Shown here piece after piece: positions 1-10,684 of a stretch of DNA of 64,000 nucleotides. Below the pieces are notes generated by a model. It ran no database searches, was not told the origin of the DNA, and saw nothing but the letters and a program-made list of their open reading frames with translations. This DNA comes from Callorhinchus milii. Its lineage: Eukaryota. The position numbers were made by a program, and so were the translations under genes. The stretch is from positions 89,344,001-89,408,000 of the forward strand of contig NW_024704742.1 in the NCBI RefSeq assembly GCF_018977255.1, in the 5' to 3' direction. How positions within the stretch are numbered: the first letter of the stretch is position 1; every line of letters starts with the position of its first letter.

Positions 1-47
1 TACATTGGTACTTTGAGGGGTTTGTGCTAAAACAATTCAGCTCGTAT
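1..47 (+). CDS. Candidate internal coding exon (3' part), unidentified gene; HWYFEGFVLKQFSSY
   Basis: Only frame 3 is open, and it ends in phase 0 at the donor TAT|GTAAGC (GT at 48-49). No homologue recognised. Confidence 0.25.
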
Positions 48-275
48 GTAAGCGTGCAAGCAAGTTTGTGTGTGTGGGTACTTTTTTACAGTTAAATGAC
101 TTAGAATTTAATTTAAAATATTATGACTCTCATGACTGTGGGACACTGCTATGTGCAGATTGACTGTCACGTTTACCTACAATTACACAGTCAATACATA
201 ACATGAGATATAAGGGGATATCCTATATACCTCATCTTTTATGGTGTTGAATTCCTGCTGTTTTTAATTTTACAG

Positions 276-356
276 ATTTACTCAGTGTTCACGACAGACC
301 AGAAATCGGTGGTAGAGGATAGAGAGAAGAGTGTAATATCACTTGATCCAAACCAA
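276..356 (+). CDS. Candidate 81-nt coding exon; IYSVFTTDQKSVVEDREKSVISLDPNQ
   Basis: Acceptor TTTTTAATTTTACAG ends at 275. The phase-0 frame is open and compatible with exon 1-47. The donor CAA|GTGTGT is weak. Confidence 0.22.
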
Positions 357-477
357 GTGTGTGTTAGTAGCTTCTTTATTTGTCAATCCAAACACTCCTC
401 AAGCCATCCCTCTAAACCACACTTTGTTCCACACCCAGTGCCTTTTTGTACTTCCTGCTCTGCTTCTTATATAGATA

Positions 478-628
478 TTGGGGTAGGACAAATTTGCAGG
501 GCTATGGGGGGGGAGCGCGGGGAATTGGGACTAATTTGGATAGCTCTTTCAAAGAGCAGGAATGGACATGATGGGACAAATGGCTTCCTTCTGTGCTGTA
601 TAATTCTATGATTCTATGATTTCTATAA
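478..628 (+). mobile_element. CR1 LINE 3' end fragment
   Basis: GGATAGCTCTTTCAAAGAG...ATGGGACAAATGGCTTCCTTCTGTGCTGTA followed by the (ATTCTATG)n tail typical of CR1; homologous to 3400-3627. Confidence 0.85.
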
Positions 629-969
629 TTTTTATTGGCTCTTTTGTTAATTGTCAATTTACTCTTAAAGGAGTATCCAACAGAGAATACCATTCTTTTT
701 GATGACTTTTTCTCCTCTAAGTTTTATTTCACTGAATTCCCCATCCAATATTTCCTTGTAATTAGATCCTGTAATTAGTTTGCTGCAGACCCAAACTGGG
801 AGACAACAGCGACTCTTTTATTAATTTATCGCATTACTTTAGAAAGCAACTGTAAAACAAAATCAATATGTTCTGCTGCTTCTGTTATTTCTCAGTTACA
901 ATAACTCAGTTAATGACAAAACAATACCTGGTTTCCTTGCTTACATGTTTACAGTTGTTTGAGGAAAAC

Positions 970-1136
970 TGTGTGTGTTTATTGTGTATAAATGAATTCA
1001 TATGCATATGTGAGTATATATGTACAGTATATGTGTATATATTGTGTACGTGACTGTACAGATATATGTGTAAGTGTGTTTATGAATATGTGTATGTATA
1101 TTATCTGTGTACGTATATATGTATGTATATGTGTAT
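970..1136. repeat. Degenerate (TG/TA)n microsatellite
   Basis: Alternating TG/TA/TATG runs. Confidence 0.9.
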
Positions 1137-1505
1137 GTGGAGTCCTGTAGCTCAGTGGTTAGAGCACTCGCCTCGCAAGCGAGAGGACCTGGGTTTGATT
1201 CCCGGCAGAGCAAAAAGTTGGGCAAGTTTCCTTACTCCACATGTTTCTGTTTACCTAGCAGAATGTAGGAACCCAATTGTTAGTCAATTGGTGGATTGCT
1301 TTTCCGGAGGTAATAATTCCTTCAAAATAAATAAAAATAATTTGGTCACTTAATCCTGTTTGTAGAACACAGCTGTGCACAATTGGCTGCTGCATTTTGC
1401 TCACAAAAATATACAGTCAATTCACTTTACAGTATATTCTGTGAAGCGCTTTGAGACATCTTGAAGACGTGATAAGGCACTATATCAAATACAAAGATTA
1501 TTATT
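1137..1505 (+). mobile_element. tRNA-Ala-derived SINE, full length, long subfamily
   Basis: A box TAGCTCAGTGG, B box GGTTTGATTCC, anticodon arm CTCGC-CTCGCAA-GCGAG, CORE-like GGGCAAGTTTCCTTACTCC, and tail ...ATCAAATACAAAGATTATT. Many copies in the window. Confidence 0.92.
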
Positions 1506-1545
1506 TTTATTTGATAGATAATAAAATAGGTGTAGATACATATAT

Positions 1546-1970
1546 GTGTCAGCCTGGCTCAGTTGGTTGCACTCTCGTCTTTGAGTCAGAGGTCAGGACT
1601 TTGAATTCATAATCCAAGTTGACACTCCAGTGCAGTGCTGGGGATATGCTGAATTGTCAGAGAAGCAGTCTTCAGGGGGAAGACATTAAACTAAGTCCCT
1701 GTCTGCCTGTTCATGAGGAAGTTAAAGATGCCATGGCATTACTGGAAAACAGAAAGAGTTTCTCCCAGTGCTTCGGCCAGAAATCAACCAGATAACATAA
1801 GTCATGTCATTCACTTCATGGCAGCTGTGGGACATTGCTGAGCACAAATTGGTTGCTGTGTGTGCCCACAAAATGCGCAGCCACTACACTTCACAGAATA
1901 ATACTTCACTACTATGTCAAATGCAAAGATCATTGTTATTATTGTTATTATTATTACTATTATTATTATT
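1546..1970 (+). mobile_element. Deu-domain SINE (SacSINE1/AmnSINE-like), old copy
   Basis: tRNA-like head GGCTCAGTTGGTTGCACTCTCG, Deu-type core TGCTGAATTGTCAGAG...TTAAAGATGCCATGGCA, (TTA)n end. Confidence 0.8.
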
Positions 1971-2632
1971 GGAGAGAGAAAAAGTGAAGAGCAGAAAGAG
2001 GAGGGCACAGATTTGGGCAAAAGGACATAAAGCACTATATCACCATACAAGGATTATTAATTTATTTATGTCACAGGAAACACAATTCTCTGTTAACACT
2101 CAGTTTTGCCTTGTGCTATTACATGTTCGGTATTACATGCTCATTTCCTTTATTGTCAGTATGTGTGGCTTTTGTAGGTATTGCTGCCTAAATCAATTAA
2201 GGGTAATAACAGGGAAAGGTTCTGATCATTAAACTCACTGACTCATTTGCGATTTAATTTGGTCTCTGAACTTCTCATTGTTTTACATTGGACCTGATTC
2301 AAAAGTCAACACAGAATGAATGTGATGCAAAAAACAACACACAAAGAAATAACGAAAAGCAATAATGAGCTGGCAGATGCACAGACTGGTTCTGATTGTA
2401 ACCAAGATTCAGGAAAACTGCAAGTGGTACAAATCCTTATGAGGTCAATGAGCATTGAAAAAGGTAATAATAATAATAATTAATTATTAATGATAAATAA
2501 ATAATATTTCATAAGATCAAAAATATTAAGAAAAGTATCATTCATTCCTATCTAAAGTGGCAGTGTGATTGGTTTGGCTGCCCCATCACTGAAAACCATT
2601 TAAAAATGATCTCTACACAGAGATTTAAACCA

Positions 2633-2790
2633 TAATAAAATAATAATAATAATCCTTACATTTGAGGTAATGCCTTATCACATCATCGAGATGTCTCAAA
2701 CCTCTTCGCAGGATTTTAAATTGAAGTGTAGTTAAAATGCAGCAGCCAATTAGTGTCCCCAAAACAGCCAGGAAGATCATGATCCTTACA
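2633..2790 (-). mobile_element. SINE 3' tail fragment
   Basis: (TAA)n-TCCTTACATTTG...GCCTTATCAC is the reverse complement of the shared SINE tail. Confidence 0.75.
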
Positions 2791-2859
2791 ATTGACACTG
2801 AGTTTCTTGTGAAGCGATTTGAATCTTTTCAATGCACTGCGTAAACACAAACTCATTCT

Positions 2860-3352
2860 TTCTTCCATCAGAACTGAAAACGTTGCTGAAACAGTCCCAA
2901 TGTTGGATGGAGGATGCAAAACATAAAACCCATGGGAAGATGTTATAAAATGATTAAATCAGAAGACAGGTTGATGGATCATTAACAGACTATGGAATGC
3001 TGGTAATGGGAGGTGGAGGAAAAACAAAGGCAGGTAAGACAGCAGTAAGAGGTTTAAAATATCAGTAAGAAGTTCCAGAGGAAAAAAATGGAGAGAAGGG
3101 GCTGGTAGATAAACCTCAGGGAATGGAACAGAGAAATAAAAGAGGCAGCTATAGTTTGAAGATATTAAAATCAATGTTCAGGCCCAAAGGCTGAATAGTT
3201 CCTCAGGGAGAGATAAGACTGTGCTACTGGAGCAATGTAGGAAGCCAAGGATAGAGAGGTTAAAGTGAGAATGGGAGAGGGGGAGTTAAACTGGTGAACC
3301 TCAGGAAGATCGAGATCGAGTTCACAAACAGAACGGGGATGTTAGGCAAAAG
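2860..3352 (-). mobile_element. Penelope-like retroelement remnant (C-terminus of GIY-YIG endonuclease plus 3' region)
   Basis: Manual minus-strand translation of ~3352-3149, with stops/frameshift: FA*HPRSVCELDLDLPEVHQFNSP..HSHFNLSILGFLHCS...LISP*GTIQPLGLNIDFNIFKL*. This matches the Penelope EH..S...HFN..H...GTL.P.GLN motif pattern. Confidence 0.8.
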
Positions 3353-3360
3353 ATTTAGTG

Positions 3361-3712
3361 GTTTTGCCCTCAAAATATACAGTCAATTCACTTTACAGTT
3401 ATTCGCATCTGGAATGCATTGCCTGAAAGGGTGGTGGAAGCCGATTCGATAACAACTTTTAAGAGAGAAGGAGATAATTATTTGAAGAGGACAAGTTTGC
3501 AGGGCTGCATTGCAGGGGAAAGAAAGGGGGAGTGGGATTAAATTGAATAGCTCTTTTCAAAGTGCCAGCACAGACACAATGGGCCGAATGACCTCCTTCT
3601 GTGCTGTGTAATTCTATGAATCTATGATACAGTATATTCTGTGAAGCGCTTTGAGATGTCTCAAAGTCATGATAAGGCGCTATATCAAATGCAACGATTA
3701 TTATGATTATTA
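3361..3712 (+). mobile_element. SINE 3' tail split by a CR1 3'-end insertion (3400-3627)
   Basis: The SINE tail CAATTCACTTTACAGT is interrupted and resumes as TACAGTATATTCTGTG; TACAGT occurs at 3394-3399 and 3628-3633. The insert ends ATTCTATGAATCTATGA. Confidence 0.88.
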
Positions 3713-3820
3713 AAAGCACCCAAGCAATGCTTGGTCTCACTAAGTGTGGAAGAGACAGGACTCAGGATTGAAGGAAGTATATGTGAATTGATGTTTTATA
3801 CAGCAATTCACTAAGCTACA

Positions 3821-4275
3821 GTGGAGTCCTGCATTTTAGCGGTTAGAGTCCTGTAGCTCAGTGGTTAGAGCACTCGCTTTGCAAGCGAGAGTCCTGAGTT
3901 CAATTCCAGGCAGGACGAAACCTGCAAATGCAAGGATTATTATTATTATTATTATTATAGAGCACTTGCCTCAGAAGCGAGAGAACCTGGGTTGGATTCC
4001 CAGCAGGGTGAAAAATCGGGCAAGTTTCCTCACTTCACCTGTTTCTGTTTTACCTAGTAATAAGTAGGAACCCGGTTGTCCGTCAATTGGCAAATCGCTT
4101 TTCCGTGGGTAATAGTCCCTTAAAAAAATAATAATAATTTGGTCACTCAATAATTTGGACTGTTTGTGGGACACTGCTGTGCACAATTGGCTGCCGCAAA
4201 GTATGTAGTCAATTTGGTTTACAATATATCTTGTGAAGTGTTTTGAGACTTCTCGAAGACATGATCAGGCACTAT
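3821..4275 (+). mobile_element. tRNA-Ala SINE (long subfamily) containing a nested internally deleted mini-SINE (3846-3957)
   Basis: The outer head is split at TAGAG (3844-3848 and 3958-3962). The inner copy is a tRNA head joined directly to CAAATGCAAGG(ATT)n. Confidence 0.85.
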
Positions 4276-5697
4276 ATCAAATGCAAAGATTATTTAAGTG
4301 CTCTGAGATGCAATCCCGTGTGAAGGGTGCTATATAAATGCAAATTGTTGCTGTTATACAGAATGGGTGCTTACATCCAGCCACTGGCAGTGCTCTGGGT
4401 AGAATGGAACAAACAGTGCTATGTCCACTGAGACTGCATGGCAGCTGAGAAGGAAGTTAAGAACTTTGGCTCTTTTTGAGTAGTGCCCCAGACTATCAGA
4501 CTTCCAAATAAAATTGATTGCTCACTTCTTGCCTGTTTTTGTACCATTGCTGAGTGTAACTTTGTTGCTGTGTCTGCATGCAAATTACAGTCACTCCACT
4601 TTACAGTATATTGTGTGAAGCGCTTTGAAACATTCTCCTGACTTGAAAGGTGCTACATCAAATACAAGGATTACTTCTTTTATATTTAATCTGGTCTCCT
4701 ACATTCCATCAGAACAAGACCTAAGAAACTGTTATTTTACTGACATTACCAAATGTTTCTGTTTTCAATTAAAAATAGCATTCTGAAAGCTGTGTAAGAA
4801 GAGACCTGTGGAAAAATGGCTCGGTTTTTACACTCTGCTTTGTCTTGAAGCAAACAATTGTTGGTGAACTGAAAATAAAGGCAGAACTTTATTATAATTT
4901 TGCCTATTAATCTAGGAAAACAGGAACAGGCAAATCTGGCAGATCTTTAATCCAGATGTCCTCTTCTTTCGCCATATCTTTTAATACCTCCACTATCCAA
5001 GTACAGTGCAAACCAGTTACAATGCACTTCACTGGCACAAATTCTCTTATAATATGTTTGTGCAGTGGACCCAATGCAGTTTTATACAACACCTTGCACA
5101 TCAGGAGCTTGTCTCAAAGTGCTTCACATGATATACAGTAAAGTGCAGTCCCTTTATGTTTTCTAGGCGAAAGCAATAGGAGTGTGTAATTCAGAGGAGT
5201 GGATTTTGCCACTATCTTGGATACAGTCCAACAGGTGCCTTTGCTCTGCTTGCTCTACAGGATGATGCAGGACTTTTAACAGGTTAGTGTGGTATTCCCT
5301 GAACTCCCCCCACCACCCCCACACCTCTCCACCACTACTCTGAAACACTTCACTCCTTAGACACAATAGATGATTTTTTTCTTTTCTTTGCCATGTCTAT
5401 CTCCAAATGTCTGACTGACAAATGTGCAGGCTATTAATATACACCACTCACGAAGGAACAAGGAATATATTACAGATAGAAGGACAGATAAATATCATAT
5501 TTACATGCATGAGAAATGCATCTCAAACCCCAGATGGTTTCTGTTAAAGCATTTAACTCCCACATATACAAAGAGTCTGTTTTATTTTTTTAAATATGAA
5601 TATTGATTATATTAATCTTAGCAATATCTTTGAGTCTATATAATGGGTTTAGTATCATTTAGCACAATGCTGAATATTAAAGTCTTCTTAAATATTG

Positions 5698-5885
5698 TAG
5701 TAATAATACTTGCATTTGATATGGTGCCTTATTACATCTTCAAAACATTTGAAAATGCTTCACAGAATATACTATAAACTTAATGGACTGTATACTTTGT
5801 GGGTGAAATGTGAAAGCCAATTGTGCACAACAGTGTCCCACAAACAGTCGTGGATTGAGTGACCTTTTTTTAAGGGATTACTATT
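5698..5885 (-). mobile_element. tRNA-Ala SINE 3' half
   Basis: Reverse complement of the SINE body/tail (GCCAATTGTGCACAACAGTGTCCCACAAACAGTCG). Confidence 0.85.
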
Positions 5886-6414
5886 GTAGCGCTTCGAAAT
5901 GCTCTTTTACGTGAACAGTGCTCCATAAATACAGGTTTAGGTTTTCCAAATGCAAAACGCATTAATTTAATTTTTGTGTTCACTAAATGATTAGCTTTAT
6001 CATGAATCTTTACAAGAAAACTCAATGTAGCTGTAGTTGGAACAGTCTAGTAGTTCTCATTCATATTAGATTGAGAATAGCTATTCAATTATCTATTATG
6101 GAATTACAAATGCAGTTTTCACCAGTTCTGAGTCTACGTCAGTGTGAAGATATTTCCTTGAGGCACATTAGAAAATTCTAAATGTTATTGTGCTATAGAT
6201 ATTAATGTGCTCAAGCACATACATGGGAAATACTATTAACCGTCTTGCTTCAGTGCTGAACTAGTGCTGCTGAAGTTCATTTTACCATTCTTTCTGTTTC
6301 CGCAATTTTAGCCTACCTTCCATTTTCCGGAGTGAATCATGTCACTGCTGAATCCTTCATATTCGGTCATTAAATGTTTTCCATTTCCTCTCCACTTCCA
6401 GAAAGACTCATTCA

Positions 6415-6948
6415 GCTTTCCCGAATTCCGGGGTTGAAAATGCGATGTTAAGTGACATTGAATGTACTGTGAAATGTTGCATTTTTCAGCCTATTACACC
6501 TCTATCAACCATACAAAATAAGGCAAAATATTCCAGCTTTACCAATACTGGGGTGGAATATGTGACTTGTGTGGCTTTGAATGCGATATGAAAACTCTCA
6601 ATTTTCAGCCTATTAACCCTTTACCAACTACTGTAAACGCCAGATATCTCATCACTCCAAGGGAAAAGAGTTCAGTGACTAGTTATTCAGAGTGGTGAGT
6701 TAGGCTAGGTCCTCCCAGGCCACAAGGTGTGACAGGTGTGGGCATTCGGCGCAGGTTGGGTGCATGTGTTCAGATGCATCGCAGAGGACTGCTGCCCTAA
6801 CCTGATAGTAAAGTGACAAATAAAGCCTTATTAACATTTTGCACTTAAGCTGATGACTTAAATTGGAGTGACTATAAACCAGGGTCGAGTTATCTGGAGT
6901 TTACTGTATATGAAATAAACATGTACAAAATAAAGCAAAATATTCCTG
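6415..6948. repeat. Diverged ~120-bp tandem duplication; second unit interrupted by a MITE
   Basis: ATTTTCAGCCTATTA-type motif at ~6482 and ~6601; TACAAAATAA(G/A)GCAAAATATTCC at ~6512 and ~6924. Confidence 0.7.
6631..6906. mobile_element. Non-autonomous Tc1/mariner-pogo (Tigger-like) DNA transposon, MITE
   Basis: TIRs CTGTAAACGCCAGATATCTC (6631-6650) and GAGTTATCTGGAGTTTACTG (6887-6906) agree at 17/20 positions as inverted repeats; TA flanks both sides; subterminal TCACTCCAA/TTGGAGTGA. Confidence 0.8.
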
Positions 6949-7654
6949 TTTGGTGCCTTAGCGTTAGGTACCTTACTTATTGTGGAGCTCGTCGACTAGA
7001 CAGACCCTGTAAACTGAAAAATAGATAGAAGGGAACGAACTCCAACTTCATCCTTTCAATGCATGTTATCAGAAGGCAAAACAAATGAATTTTGTTTCCA
7101 ACTGTCACAGCCTCAGGCATGTATTGTACACTGTCACTTCAGGTTCAGCTCTTGATGTAGGATGCTATGACTTTTGACCACATTTGTTACACTCTGACCT
7201 TTGACTACTCTTAGCCATCTGCCATGTTTATTTGAAGTAGGCGTACCAAGTCAAAGGGCAACGCAGAAATGTGGAAGGGATGGGAGCTAATACCTGAAAT
7301 CAATGTTAGAGTCATGAAAGTGCCCTGCGTTTCAATCACTTTTATTCCACTTATTAGCAATAAATTTGCTTCAGCACCAATTTGCTTCCAGTATTCTGTG
7401 CAAATGAAACCCCCCTACACACAAACACACCTCACCGACTGAGGAAAACTCTTTCTGTCTGGCCATAAAACACAATGTGTCATTTTTGTCATAGTGACGT
7501 TTGAGAGAAATGTTCCTCAGAAATGCTGTTACTGGGTGCCGTATAGTCAGAGAAAGTGTCTTGCAACACAAACTGTATTCTATAGTTCGTATTCTCACAG
7601 CACCTCAAGATGCTACTCTATATGGCTACCCCACAAGAAGGGTGCTAAATAATG

Positions 7655-7830
7655 ATGATAATAATAATAATTCTCGCATTTGATATAACGCTTTATTATG
7701 TCTTTGAGACGTCTCAAAGTCCTTCACAGAATACAGTGTATAGTGAATTGACTGTATGTTGTGAGCGAAACGCAGCAGCCAATTGTGCACAGAAGTGTCC
7801 CTCAAACAGTCGTGGATTGAGTGATCACAT
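7655..7830 (-). mobile_element. tRNA-Ala SINE 3' half
   Basis: Reverse complement of the shared tail and body. Confidence 0.85.
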
Positions 7831-7959
7831 TTTTCATATCGACGAGACGTCTCATATACAAGCTGTCATCGTATTTTCTGCTGGGAAATGTCATGTCAGT
7901 TTATGAAATCTCTTGGGCTCCATCCCAATATCACTGCAATTATGAGACAAGACACTGTA

Positions 7960-8225
7960 TCCGCGTCCCCGCCCTACCATTGGCGGTTGGACTTTCAGCC
8001 TCTCTGCCCGCACCCTTTGGAACTCCATCCCACATTCCTTTCACCTCACTGCCTCCCTTCCCTCCTTCAAGGCACATTTCAAGACCCTTCTCTTTGACCA
8101 CGCCTTTAGCCATTCTCCTGCCTGACCTCCACCCTCCCTGATCCCAACCCCCAGCTCGGGTCCAAATCCCTGATTGTCCAGCACCTTGGGACGTCCTCCC
8201 AAATGTAATTTTGTGTTGTATTGTT
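7960..8225 (+). mobile_element. L2 LINE 3' end
   Basis: Encodes the decayed IGG.AFS..AP.LWNS.P...FK..LKT.LF end of L2 ORF2; terminal GCACCTTGGGACGTCCTCC and (TTG)n-like tail. Confidence 0.88.
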
Positions 8226-8604
8226 TCCTAGCAGACACTTGAATAAAGTAATTGATACGCAAGCTCCTTTTACAGCAGTCAGTGCTATTTCTGTCAGCCA
8301 GGCGCCAGGAACACTGCTGCCTTTCCTCAGGAGATTTTCATCCCGTTGTGATGCGAGTGACGGTTTCATGACAGTCATGTTTGCTGAATGGAATTTGTAA
8401 CGTTTAACAGTCAGAGAAGACTTTTTACAAGTAAAGGCATTCCACTGTCCCCTTTTTTACGCTCATCTATTTTTTTCCTATACTTCTGCTTTCCTGAACT
8501 CAGTGACTAATACAGGATCATGTTTCTCCAAGCACCAACTGCTTTCCTACACTCTGCCTATTTAGCGATTCTCCCTGCCTCAGCATCCCCATACAATCAA
8601 AGAT

Positions 8605-8920
8605 GCCAAATCCATTTCATCTTAGCTTGTGAGACCATTTAAGGTCTTATAATTTAAGGTTGCATTGAATTGTGGAAAATTCTTAAATTCAGTTCTTAAT
8701 TTGGAATACGGTTTTCCATAGTTCTTAAAAATGCAGAATTTTCAAATTCACAATGAATCACAGAATGTACCAGGACAGAAATAGCCCAATTGGCTTGTCT
8801 CCCCTGGCATTTCTCTCCACATGAGCCACCTAATTTCAGCTCACTCCCCTACCATGGTCCCAAACATGATCTCGTATATGATCCTAAACTCTAAAACAAA
8901 GTAGTCTTAAAAGCTAAAAT
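8605..8920. repeat. Copy of the palindromic element of 17754-17983, interrupted by a probable minus-strand CR1 3' fragment (~8752-8870)
   Basis: Shares TCTTAAATTCA..CTTAATTTGGAATAC.GTTTTCC with ~17833-17867; the right arm resumes at ~8880. Confidence 0.65.
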
Positions 8921-9779
8921 TAAAATGAACGTTGGGTCACCAATACATTCCTTGCAATAAATTCTGGGGCTAGGAAAGATGATTTTTTAAAAAAAAATTG
9001 GAATTCGCATTTTGTTGAACAGAGCAGAATAAGAACAAGAATGAAACTGAAGAGTTTTCCAGAGAAGGGTTGGGTGTAAAGTGCCAAAGTTTTATGAGAA
9101 TGAAGATTGGGTCACTGGACAGCTCAAGTAATACCCCGAAATCATGACCTTTTCTGGAAGGCGGCATGAGAATTATTTCACTGACACTACCCAAGATAAC
9201 ATGGACTAAGTGTAATGGTTTCAAGATAAATCTTCTGTTTTCATGTCAAACTATAGATGTAATCCCACATCAAAATACTTAAATTCCCTTATTTTAAGAC
9301 TGTTCAGCTCCTTGGGATGAAAGGCGCTTTTCAAATGTAATTTTGTAGTTGTTGCTACTTATCAAAGATCCTGTGATATTTTGTCCAATACCATCACATT
9401 AAGTTTCATTTGCAGGTGATGTTATGAAAACTGTGGAGCAGTATTGGCAATATTGTCTGAGGAGTTTTATTAGTGAAATACGCTTTTATTATTGTGCTTA
9501 CTGTAGTAGAGAAATATTGTGATTGTTGTTAATTCCACATGTACCACAGGTCAGCAACTTAGATATAAAATATGTTTCATGTATAGGTTGCTGTAGAGGA
9601 TAGTAATAAGTGAATGCTCCAACATGTTTTATTCTTAAATAGAGGACTAGGCCATTGTTGATTGATACATGAGCCATACTTTTCTCAGATTTCATTCAGA
9701 ATAAAGCACACTGGAACATTCAGCGTTACTATGTATGGAAGTGGGAATCCAGCTAGTGATTGCTCTGGGTGGGAATGCA

Positions 9780-10130
9780 GCAAGTGGTGTTATCACTGTT
9801 GGAGGGGAGAAGGGGTTATGGCTTGTGATATTACCATGTGGTGGTTTGTATGGCAAGTGATGTTATTACTATGGGGGGCATACGGCATGTAATGTTATCA
9901 CTGTGGTGAAGGAAATGCAAAGTATTAATACAATTGAGGGGGTGTTGTGTATTATGTATTATCATCACTGGTTATTTTGCAGGGGAAATTGCATGTGATA
10001 TTATCCTGGATCCGGAGATGGAGGGACTGAATCTATGTTTAGTATTATATCACTGGTGGGGGATTTTGGATATGATATTATCATGGGAAGAGGAGGGGCA
10101 GGGGAGGGAAATTCGACATGTTATTATCAA
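9780..10130. repeat. Degenerate minisatellite (~35-40 nt period)
   Basis: Recurring TGTGATRTTATCACTG followed by G-rich segments, about 8 times. Confidence 0.6.
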
Positions 10131-10684
10131 ATGCTACATTTCTCCCTGCACAATCATTTTAAAATGCCAGAACGCTTTTTGTCACATTAATGACCACTGT
10201 TTGGCACACTGAACTGTTTGTTTTGTTTAATCTGTTATTAATAATAAAAATAATTAGGTAGACAAAGTGCCACTTCTTACTTGGGTTGGCCACTATCTGT
10301 CCTCCCCATATAATTAGAAGGCAGACAAAAGAATATTGTGAGGCACGGTTCTTGGGTTAACCCTTTACATCTTATGCCTTTTTTTCTGTATGTAAAACAA
10401 AATTGTGCTGATGTAGCTGTTGGGTAATTTGGAGTTGAAAACATAGCATGGCAGGAAGACAATTCACAGCCACGTTGTCCCTGTTTGACCTGCTCATTCC
10501 TGCCAAGTTAGTCAAGGAAGGATCTAAAAGTAGAGTAAATGACTGAGCATTAAAAGTTGTGTGCTTTTTTTGAGTGAACTGATCTCCGTTGCTGACATGT
10601 GAAGCTCCTCCATCTCTGGTACCCAAGTTCTCTACTATAAATCCGTCAACCTGATTCAAAGCTCTCTACATTCAAAGTGGTTCA

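Noticed and set aside
1137..1216. tRNA-Ala genes (also at 3846, 12345, 26085, 32611, 36121, 38628, 39210, 59453)
   Set aside because: Each continues into a SINE body and/or tail, the copies carry scattered mutations, and the G3:U70 pair is missing. They are SINE heads.
1804..2232. 142-aa ORF with a poly-Leu 'transmembrane' stretch
   Set aside because: The poly-Leu is the (TTA)n SINE tail.
4907..5101. Protein-like ORF ...VEVLKDMAKEEDIWIKDLPDLPVPV
   Set aside because: No convincing splice sites and no recognisable family; a chance ORF is as likely.
5166..5282. Plus-strand exon between TTTTCTAG and CAG|GTTAGT
   Set aside because: All three frames from the best acceptor contain stops; an open frame needs a weak alternative acceptor.
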